A program made the translations under genes and the position numbers. Positions 55,846-64,000 of a stretch of DNA of 64,000 bases are shown here, in pieces. Position 1 is the first letter of the stretch, and the number at the start of each line of letters is the position of its first letter. Under the pieces are notes generated by a model. It made no database searches, was not told the DNA's origin, and saw only the letters and a program-made list of their open reading frames with translations. This DNA is from Gammaproteobacteria bacterium (lineage in GTDB: Bacteria > Pseudomonadota > Gammaproteobacteria > Natronospirales > JAJUFS01): positions 10,591-74,590 of the forward strand of contig JAWWBS010000002.1 of the NCBI GenBank assembly GCA_033720895.1, given 5' to 3'.

Positions 55846-58605
55846 GTGTCTGGAAAAGGGGGCTTCTGGACCAGTGACTGGTTTTTCGGTCTGGTCTTTT
55901 CACTGCTGTTCTTCCTGCTCGCCTATGGCATCTACGCCGAAGCGTTCTCGCGCATGGAAACGGCCAGCTACGACATGGGCATGCGCATGTCCGGCGCTGC
56001 ACCCAGCGACCGTATCGCCGTCATCGAAATCGACGATGCCAGCATCGAGTTGATCGGCCGCTGGCCATGGCCACGCTCCGTGCATGCCGACATGATCGAC
56101 AAGCTGGCCGCCGGCGGCGCCAAGGTGATTGGCAGCACCGTGCTCTTCTCGGAAGCCCAGTCCGACCCCGGCCTGCAATACATCGACGACCTCGCCCGTT
56201 TCTACGACAGTTCCGCCCTCGGTGCAGAAGCCCCGCTGCCGGAACCCGAGCCGGTTGAAGACATGCCGGCGGACGACATGGCCATCGCCGCAGGCGAGGA
56301 GGCCGTCACTGGCGAGGACATGCCGGCCGAAGCGGACCAGCCTGAAACGACCAGGCCCGCCGCGGCAGACGAAGAAAGGCTTGCCGACGCCGCCGAAGGC
56401 GACGTCCTGGGAGATGGCGACATCCCGGCCATCATTTACCAGACCCCGGAAGAAGTCGTCTCTGCCCTGCTCGAATTGCGGATCCGCATGGCGACCGCCG
56501 ACGATGTGCTGGACACGGACAAGCAGCTGGCCGCCAGCATAGCCAACGCCGGCAATGTCATCCTTCCGATGACCCTGACCGAACCGAACCCGATCGGCCG
56601 CCCGGATGCCGAGCTGCAGCCATGGCTGCTGGCCAATGCGATCATGAATGTGTCGGCCTCGGAGCTGGCGGTGGACCCGCTCAGCTACGGTGCCATCCAG
56701 CCGCCGATCCCGGCGCTGGCCGAATCCTCGGCAGGCCTCGGTCACATCCTGATCATTCCCGACGTGGATGGTGCGCTGCGGTTCGAACCGCTGGCCGTTC
56801 AATACGACGGCCTGCTGTTCCCGTCCTTTTCCCTCGCTGTCGCCGCACAAAGCCTGAACCTGACGCCGGGCGACATGGAGGTGGTGCTGGGCCGAGGCGT
56901 CAATCTTGGCAACCTGCAGATCGGCACCACGCCCGAGCTGCTGATGTACAACTACTATTACGCCTCCGACAACAAGGACAGCTTCGACCACTATTCCTTC
57001 ACCGATGTCTGGCAGGGCGTCGTGCCGGTCGAGCGCTTCAAGGACAAGATCGTGTTGATCGGAGCGACCGCGCTGGGCGTCGGCGACTCCTTCCCGACGC
57101 CGGTGGCGCCGAACATGGCGCCGGTCACCACCGTCGCACACACGATTTCCGCCATTCTCAAGGAAGATTTCTTTACGCGTCCCGACTGGGCGCTGTATGC
57201 CGAGCTCGGCACCTTCCTGCTGCTGGCGCTCTATCTCATTGCCATCCTGCCGCGCCTGCGTCCCGGCATGGCCGCGCTGGCATCGCTCGGCCTGCTGGTT
57301 GCGATTCTCGTAGCGGAATTCTCGCTGCTGACTGGCTCTTCCATGTGGCTGCGCCTGACGGTGCCGGTCATGTTCCTGGTCTCCGGGCACCTGCTGATCA
57401 CCATCAAGCAGTTCCGCGTCACCGACCGCATCCGCTTGAAGTCGGAAGCAGAAGGTGCGGAGAGCAACAAGATGCTCGGCCTTGCGTTCCAGCAGCAAGG
57501 CCAGCTCGACATGGCCTTCGACAAATTCCGCAAGTGCCCGATGGACGATTCGGTCATGGACGCGCTTTACAACCTCGCGCTGGACTACGAGCGCAAGCGC
57601 CAGTTCAACAAGGCCGGCTCGGTTTATTCACACATGGCCGAACACAATCCGAACTACAAGGATCTGCAGAAGCGCATGAAGCGCTCTCAGGCCATGGAAG
57701 AAACCATCATGCTGGGTGGTTCCAGCGGCGGTCATCCGGGCGGCACCCTGATGCTCGATGGCGACGAAATGCAGAAGCCGATGCTCGGCCGCTACCAGGT
57801 GGAGCAGGAGCTCGGCAAGGGCGCCATGGGCATCGTCTACGGTGGCCGTGACCCGAAGATCAACCGAGTCGTGGCGATCAAGACCATGGCGCTGTCGCAG
57901 GAGTTCGAGGCCGACGAACTGGATGAAGTGAAGGAGCGCTTCTTCCGGGAAGCGGAAACGGCCGGGCGACTGAACCACCCCTACATCGTGACGATCTACG
58001 ATGCCGGCGAAGAACACGACCTTGCCTACATCGCCATGGAATTCCTGAAGGGCAAGGACCTGGTGCCGCACACCAAGGCGGACAACCTGCTCCCGGCCAG
58101 GCAGGTCTGCGACATGATGGCCAACGCTGCCGAAGCACTGGCCTATGCGCACAGCAATGGCGTGGTGCATCGCGACATCAAGCCAGCGAACATCATGTAC
58201 AACCCCGAAGACAAGTCGATGAAGCTGACCGATTTCGGCATTGCCCGAATTACCGACAGCTCCAAGACCAAGACCGGCATGGTGCTGGGCACCCCCTCCT
58301 ACATGTCGCCCGAGCAGCTCGCCGGCCAGAAGGTCGATGGCCGCTCCGACCTGTTCTCGCTGGGCGTGACTTTCTACCAGCTGCTGTCAGGACAACTGCC
58401 CTTCCGGGCCGACTCCATGGCTGCGCTGATGTACAAGATCACCAACGAAGAGCATGCACCGGTAAGCCTGGTCCAACCGGACCTGCCGGCCTGCCTGGAT
58501 GCTATTATCAACAAGGCACTCGACAAGAATGTCGACAACCGCTACCAGAATGGTAACGAAATGGCCGCCGAGATCCGGGCCTGTGCAGGTCAGTTGCCGG
58601 GCTGA
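55846..58605 (+). CDS. CHASE2 sensor domain / TPR-like linker / C-terminal Hanks-type Ser/Thr protein kinase
   Basis: The start is GTG. It has an N-terminal TM segment and CHASE2 signature (DRIAVIEIDDASIELIGRWPWPRSVHADMIDKL..GAKVIGSTVLFSE) and a block of 3 TM helices (~aa 450-525). A TPR-like segment follows (LGLAFQQQGQLDMAFDKF...YNLALDYERK). The kinase domain has all catalytic motifs (GKGAMGIVY, VAIK, HRDIKPAN, DFG, SYMSPE). Confidence 0.88.
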   Translation: MSGKGGFWTSDWFFGLVFSLLFFLLAYGIYAEAFSRMETASYDMGMRMSGAAPSDRIAVIEIDDASIELIGRWPWPRSVHADMIDKLAAGGAKVIGSTVLFSEAQSDPGLQYIDDLARFYDSSALGAEAPLPEPEPVEDMPADDMAIAAGEEAVTGEDMPAEADQPETTRPAAADEERLADAAEGDVLGDGDIPAIIYQTPEEVVSALLELRIRMATADDVLDTDKQLAASIANAGNVILPMTLTEPNPIGRPDAELQPWLLANAIMNVSASELAVDPLSYGAIQPPIPALAESSAGLGHILIIPDVDGALRFEPLAVQYDGLLFPSFSLAVAAQSLNLTPGDMEVVLGRGVNLGNLQIGTTPELLMYNYYYASDNKDSFDHYSFTDVWQGVVPVERFKDKIVLIGATALGVGDSFPTPVAPNMAPVTTVAHTISAILKEDFFTRPDWALYAELGTFLLLALYLIAILPRLRPGMAALASLGLLVAILVAEFSLLTGSSMWLRLTVPVMFLVSGHLLITIKQFRVTDRIRLKSEAEGAESNKMLGLAFQQQGQLDMAFDKFRKCPMDDSVMDALYNLALDYERKRQFNKAGSVYSHMAEHNPNYKDLQKRMKRSQAMEETIMLGGSSGGHPGGTLMLDGDEMQKPMLGRYQVEQELGKGAMGIVYGGRDPKINRVVAIKTMALSQEFEADELDEVKERFFREAETAGRLNHPYIVTIYDAGEEHDLAYIAMEFLKGKDLVPHTKADNLLPARQVCDMMANAAEALAYAHSNGVVHRDIKPANIMYNPEDKSMKLTDFGIARITDSSKTKTGMVLGTPSYMSPEQLAGQKVDGRSDLFSLGVTFYQLLSGQLPFRADSMAALMYKITNEEHAPVSLVQPDLPACLDAIINKALDKNVDNRYQNGNEMAAEIRACAGQLPG

Positions 58606-58629
58606 TTGCCCGCGGATAGGGATAGGGAC

Positions 58630-59451
58630 ATGAGCTTCAAAGGAAAACTCCAATTCGTGGGCCTGACCGATACCGGACGCGTCCGCTCGCATAACGAAGA
58701 CGCCATCGGCACCGAGATCGAAATCGGCCTGGTGGTGCTCGCCGACGGCATGGGCGGTTACAAGGCCGGTGAAGTCGCCAGCGCCATGGCCGTCGAGACC
58801 ATTACCGAAACCGTCAGCAAGGGCTTGAAAACAGCGCGCAAACAGAAGGTCGGCGAGTCCGGCTATGCCGCCGAGACCCTGCTGCTGAGGAAGGCCGTCG
58901 AAGCGGCCAATGCCCGGATCCACAACACGGCCAAGGACAATCCGCAGTGCGAAGGCATGGGCACCACCGTCGTGACCTGCCTCTACTATGACAATCGCGT
59001 CTCGATCGCCCATGTTGGCGATTCGCGCCTGTACCGGGTCCGCGGGGACCGATTCGAACAGGTCACTCTCGATCACTCCCTGCTGCAGGAACTGGTATCC
59101 CGGGGGTTCTACACGCCCGAGGAGGCCCGGAAATCACTGAACAAGAACCTGGTCACCCGGGCGCTGGGTATCGAACCCACGGTCAAGGTGGACGTCCAGG
59201 AAGACGTCGTGCTGCAGGGCGAGATCCAGTTGCTCTGCTCCGACGGCCTTTCCGACATGGTCGAGGACGAGGATATTCACTTAACTATCAGCACCTTTAG
59301 TGCTAATCTTGACACAGCGGCTCAACAGTTGGTCAGGATGGCAAATGATAACGGCGGGCGTGACAACGTCTCCGTGGTGCTTACCAAAGCGCTGAAGTCT
59401 TACGGGGACAAACAAGGCTTCTTCAACCGATTCATGGACTGGTTCGCCTGA
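58630..59451 (+). CDS. PP2C-family Ser/Thr protein phosphatase (Stp1-like)
   Basis: TDTGRVRSHNEDA, LADGMGG, GTTVV, AHVGDSRLY, LLCSDGL and GGRDNVSVV are the metal-binding PPM motifs. The start is ATG 58630, 25 nt after the kinase stop. Confidence 0.9.
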   Translation: MSFKGKLQFVGLTDTGRVRSHNEDAIGTEIEIGLVVLADGMGGYKAGEVASAMAVETITETVSKGLKTARKQKVGESGYAAETLLLRKAVEAANARIHNTAKDNPQCEGMGTTVVTCLYYDNRVSIAHVGDSRLYRVRGDRFEQVTLDHSLLQELVSRGFYTPEEARKSLNKNLVTRALGIEPTVKVDVQEDVVLQGEIQLLCSDGLSDMVEDEDIHLTISTFSANLDTAAQQLVRMANDNGGRDNVSVVLTKALKSYGDKQGFFNRFMDWFA

Positions 59452-59477
59452 CACATCACCGGTATTGAGGGCAGGAA

Positions 59478-60197
59478 ATGGGAAAGTTAATCCTGAGTTT
59501 GGACGGGGCCGTACTGGCCGAGTACGAGATGGACAAGGAACGGTTCACCATTGGCCGCCTCGCCGACAATGACATCCATGTCGACAACATGGCCGTCAGC
59601 GGACACCATGCGCTGATCATCAACATCCTGAATGATTCCTTCCTGGAAGACCTGAACAGCACCAACGGCACTTACGTCAACGGCAAGCTGATCAAGAAGC
59701 ACGCCCTACAGGACGGCGACACCATCACCATCGGCAAGCATGCTCTCAAGTACGTCAACGAAGCTGCGTCCGCTGTTGGCGGCGGCGATGACGACGACGA
59801 GGATGATTTCGAAAAGACGATGATCATCCGTCCGGGAGCGAAGTCCGGTGGACCGAGCCTCGACAGTGTCAACAAGGCAGTCGAAGGTGCCGGCGGCGCA
59901 CCGGTCAACCCGGACGCCCAGAAGGGTCTGCCGAAAGCCAAGCTGCAGGTTCTGTCCGGCGCCTTTGCCGGCAAGGAACTGGAATTGAACAAGGCCTTGA
60001 CCACGCTGGGTCGCCCTGGCGTGCAGGTTGCTGCCATCACCCGTCGTGCCGATGGTTTCTTCGTTGTGCCGGTCGAGGGTGATTCGGGCAAGCCACCAAC
60101 CGTCAACGACCAGGAAGTCGGCAAGGAAGGCAAGAAGCTGGCACACAACGACGTTATCGAACTGGCCGGCGTGAAGATGGGCTTTTTCGAAATCTGA
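59478..60197 (+). CDS. FHA domain protein (canonical N-terminal FHA, acidic linker, degenerate FHA-like C-terminal domain)
   Basis: The N-terminal part carries the FHA G-R...S..H...N-G signature (FTIGRLADNDIHVDNMAVSGHHALI...DLNSTNGTYVNG). The linker is GGGDDDDEDD. The C-terminal part (LTTLGRPGVQVAAITRR...TVNDQEV) keeps GR but lacks SxxH. Confidence 0.85.
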   Translation: MGKLILSLDGAVLAEYEMDKERFTIGRLADNDIHVDNMAVSGHHALIINILNDSFLEDLNSTNGTYVNGKLIKKHALQDGDTITIGKHALKYVNEAASAVGGGDDDDEDDFEKTMIIRPGAKSGGPSLDSVNKAVEGAGGAPVNPDAQKGLPKAKLQVLSGAFAGKELELNKALTTLGRPGVQVAAITRRADGFFVVPVEGDSGKPPTVNDQEVGKEGKKLAHNDVIELAGVKMGFFEI

Positions 60198-60221
60198 TCT
60201 TTGCCATTGCACAGACACGAG

Positions 60222-60253
60222 AAAGCCGGGCAATGCCCGGCTTTTCTTTTTCC
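60222..60253 (+). terminator. Rho-independent terminator after the FHA gene
   Basis: AAAGCCGGGC-aat-GCCCGGCTTT is followed by TCTTTTTCC. Confidence 0.85.
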
Positions 60254-60269
60254 AGCTGGCCTGGCTTCC

Positions 60270-61349
60270 CTACTCGCCCTGCAGGGTGAAATCGACGCGC
60301 TGCGTGACCCCGCACAGCAGCTCGTAGGGAATCGTGCCGGCGGCAACAGCAATCTCCTCGACGGGCAGGCCTCGACCCCAGAGCACCACCTCATCACCTT
60401 CCTGTGCATCCGGCTGGCTGTCCAGGTCCACGGCGATCATGTCCATGCTGACTCGGCCGATCAGCGGCACGCGCTGGCCGTTGACCAGCACCGGCGTGCC
60501 GTTGCCAGCGTGTCTCGGATACCCATCGCCATAGCCGATAGCCGCGATGCCATAACGCTTCGGCTTGTCTGCCGTGAACCGGCCGCCATAACCGATGCTT
60601 TCCCCGGCCGCCATCTGCTTGACCGCGATCAGCTCGGTCGAGACGGTCATCACCGGCCGCAGGTTCTGCTCCGTGCCGTTCTCGTCGATGATCGGGCTGA
60701 CGCCATACAGTGACACGCCGGGACGCACCCAGTCAGCGTGCGACGCGGGAAAGGCCAGGGTGCCTGCGGAGTTGGCGATGCTGAGCTCGCCACCGAGGTG
60801 TTCGGTGGCCTCGCGAAACAGTTCGATCTGGGCGGAGGTTGCCGCCTCGTCCAGGTCATCGGCCTTGGCGAGATGGGTCATCAGGCGTGGCGTGCCCGCA
60901 ACGGCATTCGAGTCGAGAACACGCTGCCACGCGGCAGGAAATTCATCCAGCTTGAAACCGAGGCGGTTCATTCCGGTATCGAGCTTCACCCAGATCGGCA
61001 GGCGCGAGCCGGAATAGGCTTCCAGCCAGGCAAGCTGGCGCTGCGTGTGGACGACCAGTTCGAAGCCGGCTTCCGCCGCGAGGGAAATTTCTTCCGGGGC
61101 GAAAGCCCCCTCCAGCAGCAACACCGGCGTATCGACACCGGCGGCACGGATGCGTCGAGCCTCATCAAGGCTCGCGACGGCAAAGAGTTCGGCTTCCGGC
61201 AAGGCACGCACCACGGCTTCGAGACCATGGCCATAGGCATTCGCCTTGACCACGGCCATGACGCGCGCACCATCGGCACGCTGGCTCAATACCTGGAAAT
61301 TGTGGCGGAGCGCATCGAGATCGATGACCGCGCTGGTTGCCCTGGTCAT
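60270..61349 (-). CDS. alr: Alanine racemase
   Basis: AVVKANAYGHG (PLP-lysine motif) and the C-terminal YELLCGV..RV are present. It forms an ATGA overlap with the dnaB stop. Confidence 0.95.
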   Translation of the reverse strand: MTRATSAVIDLDALRHNFQVLSQRADGARVMAVVKANAYGHGLEAVVRALPEAELFAVASLDEARRIRAAGVDTPVLLLEGAFAPEEISLAAEAGFELVVHTQRQLAWLEAYSGSRLPIWVKLDTGMNRLGFKLDEFPAAWQRVLDSNAVAGTPRLMTHLAKADDLDEAATSAQIELFREATEHLGGELSIANSAGTLAFPASHADWVRPGVSLYGVSPIIDENGTEQNLRPVMTVSTELIAVKQMAAGESIGYGGRFTADKPKRYGIAAIGYGDGYPRHAGNGTPVLVNGQRVPLIGRVSMDMIAVDLDSQPDAQEGDEVVLWGRGLPVEEIAVAAGTIPYELLCGVTQRVDFTLQGE

Positions 61350-62743
61350 GCGTCCGGTGCGTCCCCCATGAAGGCATCGCTGGCAAGGTTTTCAAACCGG
61401 GTGAACTGGCCAAGGAAGGCGGCGCGCACCATGCCGATCGGGCCGTTACGCTGCTTGCCGATGATGACCTCGGCCGTACCCTTGAACGGGCTTTCCTCGT
61501 TGTAAACCTCGTCGCGATAGATGAAGACGATCAAGTCGGCGTCCTGCTCGATGGCGCCCGATTCGCGCAGGTCAGACATGATCGGACGCTTGTCCGGGCG
61601 CTGCTCAAGGCCACGGTTCAGCTGCGACAGTGCGATCACCGGTACGCTGAGTTCCTTGGCGAGCGCTTTCAGGCCGCGTGAAATTTCGGAAATTTCGGTC
61701 GCACGGTTTTCCTTGGTCCCCGCGACCTGCATCAGCTGCAGGTAGTCGACCACGATCATGCCAAGGCCGTGCTCGCGCTTCAGGCGACGCGCGCGGGCGC
61801 GCATTTCCGTGGGCGTGAGTGCCGGCGTGTCGTCAATGAAGATCGGCGCCTCGGACATCAGTGTCACGGCCGAGGTGATCCGCGGCCAATCTTCTTCATC
61901 CAGCTTGCCGGTGCGCACCTTGCCCTGGTTGATGCGACCCAGCGAGGAAATCATTCGCAAGGCCAGCTGGTCGCCTGGCATTTCCATCGAGAACACCGCA
62001 ACCGGCACCTTTTCGCGGATGGCAGCGTGCTCGACCATGTTCATTGCGAAAGAGGTCTTGCCCATGGAGGGGCGACCCGCAACGATGACCAGGTCGCCAG
62101 GCTGAAGCCCGGCTGTCTTCTCATCGAAACTGGTCAGGCCGGTCGGGATGCCCGTGATGTGGCTGTCGGAATTGAACAGCTCGTCGATGCGGTCGACCGC
62201 CTTGGTCAGCAGCTTGCGTATGCCGGTAAACCCCTGCTGCGCGCGCGTTCCCTTCTCGGCAATTTCGAAAACACGCTGCTCGGCAAACTCCAGGATCTCG
62301 GCCGGCGTGCGCCCTTCCGGCGTGTGAGCCGTGGAGGCAATCTCGTTACCCGTCCGGATCAGCTGCCGCAACACAGAGCGCTCGCGCACGATATCGGCAT
62401 AGTGACGGACATTGGCCGAACCTGGCGCGTCCTTTGCAAGGGCGCCAATGTAGGCCATGCCCCCCGCCTCTTCGAGCTTGCCGGACTGCTCCAGCTGCTC
62501 GCTGACAGTAATGGCATCGGCCGGCTTGTCTGCTTCGCGCAGCGCGGCAATGGCACCAAAAATCAATCGGTGATCATGGCGGTAGAAATCATGCGCGCCG
62601 AGCCGGTCGGCAATCTGGTCCCAGCTGGAATTGTCCAGCATCAGCCCGCCGATGACGGACTGCTCGGCCTCGACAGAGTGTGGCGGTACTTTCAGCTGGT
62701 CTGTCGAGCGGCCTTGCTCGACACTGGTGATGGCATTGGCCAT
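61346..62743 (-). CDS. dnaB: Replicative DNA helicase DnaB
   Basis: PPHSVEAEQSVIGGLMLD, Walker A AGRPSMGKTSFAMN, IVVDYLQLM and IALSQLNR are present. Confidence 0.97.
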   Translation of the reverse strand: MANAITSVEQGRSTDQLKVPPHSVEAEQSVIGGLMLDNSSWDQIADRLGAHDFYRHDHRLIFGAIAALREADKPADAITVSEQLEQSGKLEEAGGMAYIGALAKDAPGSANVRHYADIVRERSVLRQLIRTGNEIASTAHTPEGRTPAEILEFAEQRVFEIAEKGTRAQQGFTGIRKLLTKAVDRIDELFNSDSHITGIPTGLTSFDEKTAGLQPGDLVIVAGRPSMGKTSFAMNMVEHAAIREKVPVAVFSMEMPGDQLALRMISSLGRINQGKVRTGKLDEEDWPRITSAVTLMSEAPIFIDDTPALTPTEMRARARRLKREHGLGMIVVDYLQLMQVAGTKENRATEISEISRGLKALAKELSVPVIALSQLNRGLEQRPDKRPIMSDLRESGAIEQDADLIVFIYRDEVYNEESPFKGTAEVIIGKQRNGPIGMVRAAFLGQFTRFENLASDAFMGDAPDA

Positions 62744-62808
62744 GGAATCCCCCTAGAAACCGACCATTTATCCTACCGCCAAGCGCCCCCGGGGAGAATG
62801 GCAGAGCC

Positions 62809-62817
62809 TGTGGATAA
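62809..62817 (-). promoter_or_regulatory. Consensus DnaA box TTATCCACA upstream of dnaB
   Basis: Plus-strand tgtggataa equals TTATCCACA on the dnaB strand, 66-74 nt upstream of the dnaB ATG. Confidence 0.45.
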
Positions 62818-62833
62818 CTGGTGGAAAACAACA

Positions 62834-62865
62834 AAAAAGGCCGATCCGCCCGGACCGGCCTTTTT
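62834..62865 (-). terminator. Rho-independent terminator after rplI
   Basis: On the minus strand, AAAAAGGCCG-gtccgggcggat-CGGCCTTTTT is followed by TG. It is preceded by a second hairpin, GAGCCGCCGG-att-CCGGCGGGCTC. Confidence 0.8.
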
Positions 62866-62917
62866 CACATCTTGCGAGCCCGCCGGAATCCGGCGGCTCC
62901 CTCGACTCAAGCGAGAA

Positions 62918-63367
62918 TCACTCCTCGCCGACGATCACGACCTTGATGGTCGCATTGACGTCGGAGTGCAGGTGGATCTCGATCTCATGCTCGCCGGCCA
63001 TGCGCAGCGGGCCTTCCGGCATGCGCACTTCCTTGCGCTCCAGCTCGACGCCAGCCTTGGTGACCGCATCGGCGATGTCGACCGTACCGATCGAACCGAA
63101 CAGCTTGCCTTCCGAGCCAGCCTTGGAGGTGATCTCCACGCTCATGCCTTCGAGCTTGTCAGCACGAGCCTGGGCAGCGGCCAGCTCTTCAGCCAGCTGC
63201 TTCTCCAGTTCGGCGCGACGCGCCTCGAACTCGGCAACATTTTCCGGCGTTGCCGGCTTGGCGAGACCCTGCGGCAGCAGGTAATTGCGGCCATAGCCCG
63301 GCTTGACGGTGACCTTGTCACCCAGGTTGCCGAGGTTGTCGACCTTGGTCAGCAGAATTACTTCCAT
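62918..63367 (-). CDS. rplI: 50S ribosomal protein L9
   Basis: [36 protein letters not shown] is canonical L9. Confidence 0.96.
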   Translation of the reverse strand: MEVILLTKVDNLGNLGDKVTVKPGYGRNYLLPQGLAKPATPENVAEFEARRAELEKQLAEELAAAQARADKLEGMSVEITSKAGSEGKLFGSIGTVDIADAVTKAGVELERKEVRMPEGPLRMAGEHEIEIHLHSDVNATIKVVIVGEE

Positions 63368-63396
63368 CGTCATTCACCCGTGTTTACAGATTGCAT

Positions 63397-64000
63397 TCAT
63401 TCACCGCCCCGTCGAGACGCCAGTCGCGTTCGCAGGTCGGTCCAGTTATCCAGGGCGCCGATGGTCACCATGACCAGGACCACCAGCCCCGTCAGCGGCA
63501 GGCTGAGCAAATACACCAGCCAGAGTACCGCAACATTCAATTTCAGCAGCTTGACTGCGCCATGCAGCAAGGCAAAACCCTGCAACAACAGGGGCACCGC
63601 CATCACCAGCCCGACCAGGTTGGCAAAGGCATCCGGCCAGTAGGCCGAAACACCCAACGCCAGGCCCGCGAGCATGGCATAGGGTCGCCCCATCCTGAAG
63701 GCCCTGAAATCCTGGCCAAAACCGCCGGGATTCCATGCCACCGCCTGCCAGAAACGCGCCAGCAACAAGGCCAGTGCGATGCTCAGGGTGGCCGAGGCCG
63801 CCAGCATGGCCGGCATTACCCTCGCCATGTCCGCCACTTCCGCGGCGGTCAGCTCGCGACCATCGCGCATTTGCGCCAGGGTCGGCAAGACGACGTCCTC
63901 CACCAGCTGGCGCATCGCCTCGAGTGGCGCATCGGCCATCAACAGCCAACCGGCACCCGCAGCGCCGACCATGGCCACAAGCGCCTGCATGGCCAGTGGC
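63397..64000 (-). CDS. DUF2232-like polytopic membrane protein; 5' end lies beyond the window edge
   Basis: The frame is open to position 64000. The sequence is hydrophobic and multi-TM (..LLLARFWQAVAWNPGGFGQDFRAFRMG..). Its position immediately upstream of rplI matches the DUF2232 gene often found between rpsR and rplI. Confidence 0.6.
   Translation of the reverse strand, partial: PLAMQALVAMVGAAGAGWLLMADAPLEAMRQLVEDVVLPTLAQMRDGRELTAAEVADMARVMPAMLAASATLSIALALLLARFWQAVAWNPGGFGQDFRAFRMGRPYAMLAGLALGVSAYWPDAFANLVGLVMAVPLLLQGFALLHGAVKLLKLNVAVLWLVYLLSLPLTGLVVLVMVTIGALDNWTDLRTRLASRRGGE

Noticed and set aside
61769-63643. 624-aa plus-strand ORF running antisense through dnaB, the intergenic terminators and rplI
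   Set aside because: It crosses two terminators and two well-supported genes on the other strand, so it is a high-GC artefact. The same reasoning applies to 14108..15145, 15394..16518, 16899..18233, 18868..20106, 25691..27013, 31060..32493, 32572..33609, 35031..36041, 40469..41830, 41763..43136, 44897..45844, 50052..51380, 53085..53969, 54247..55830 and 55900..57498.

Overview
High-GC (roughly 60-65% by eye) proteobacterial chromosome, probably gammaproteobacterial judging by core synteny: rpsP-rimM-trmD-rplS, ffh next to ypjD/yfjD-like genes, rplI-dnaB-alr, kbl-tdh, sucA-sucB. I cannot name the species without a database. The window is densely coding, and the largest non-coding gap is about 430 bp. 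I saw no CRISPR array, rRNA, transposase, integrase or phage genes. Recognisable content: sucAB, tRNA-Arg(CCT), a PadR-MFP-RND efflux operon, an SOS mutagenesis cassette lexA-imuA-imuB-dnaE2 with a canonical LexA box, sdaA, putA, icd, kbl-tdh, an ahpC/ahpD peroxide-stress locus, sppA, the ribosomal/SRP cluster, radA, alr and dnaB. The parts most worth a second look are: (1) a six-gene minus-strand cluster joining an unrecognised ~655-aa secreted all-helical protein, a TatT lipoprotein, a DctPQM TRAP transporter and a PLP-dependent decarboxylase; (2) an orphan CHASE2-TPR-Hanks kinase / PP2C phosphatase / double-FHA module wedged between radA and alr-dnaB; (3) an unusually long imuA-imuB spacer with nested inverted repeats; (4) a 52-codon hydrophobic ORF translationally coupled between ahpC and ahpD. 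All functional calls come from reading the translated ORFs and motifs by eye. No searches were run. Many long ORFs antisense to these genes are high-GC shadow ORFs and were rejected.
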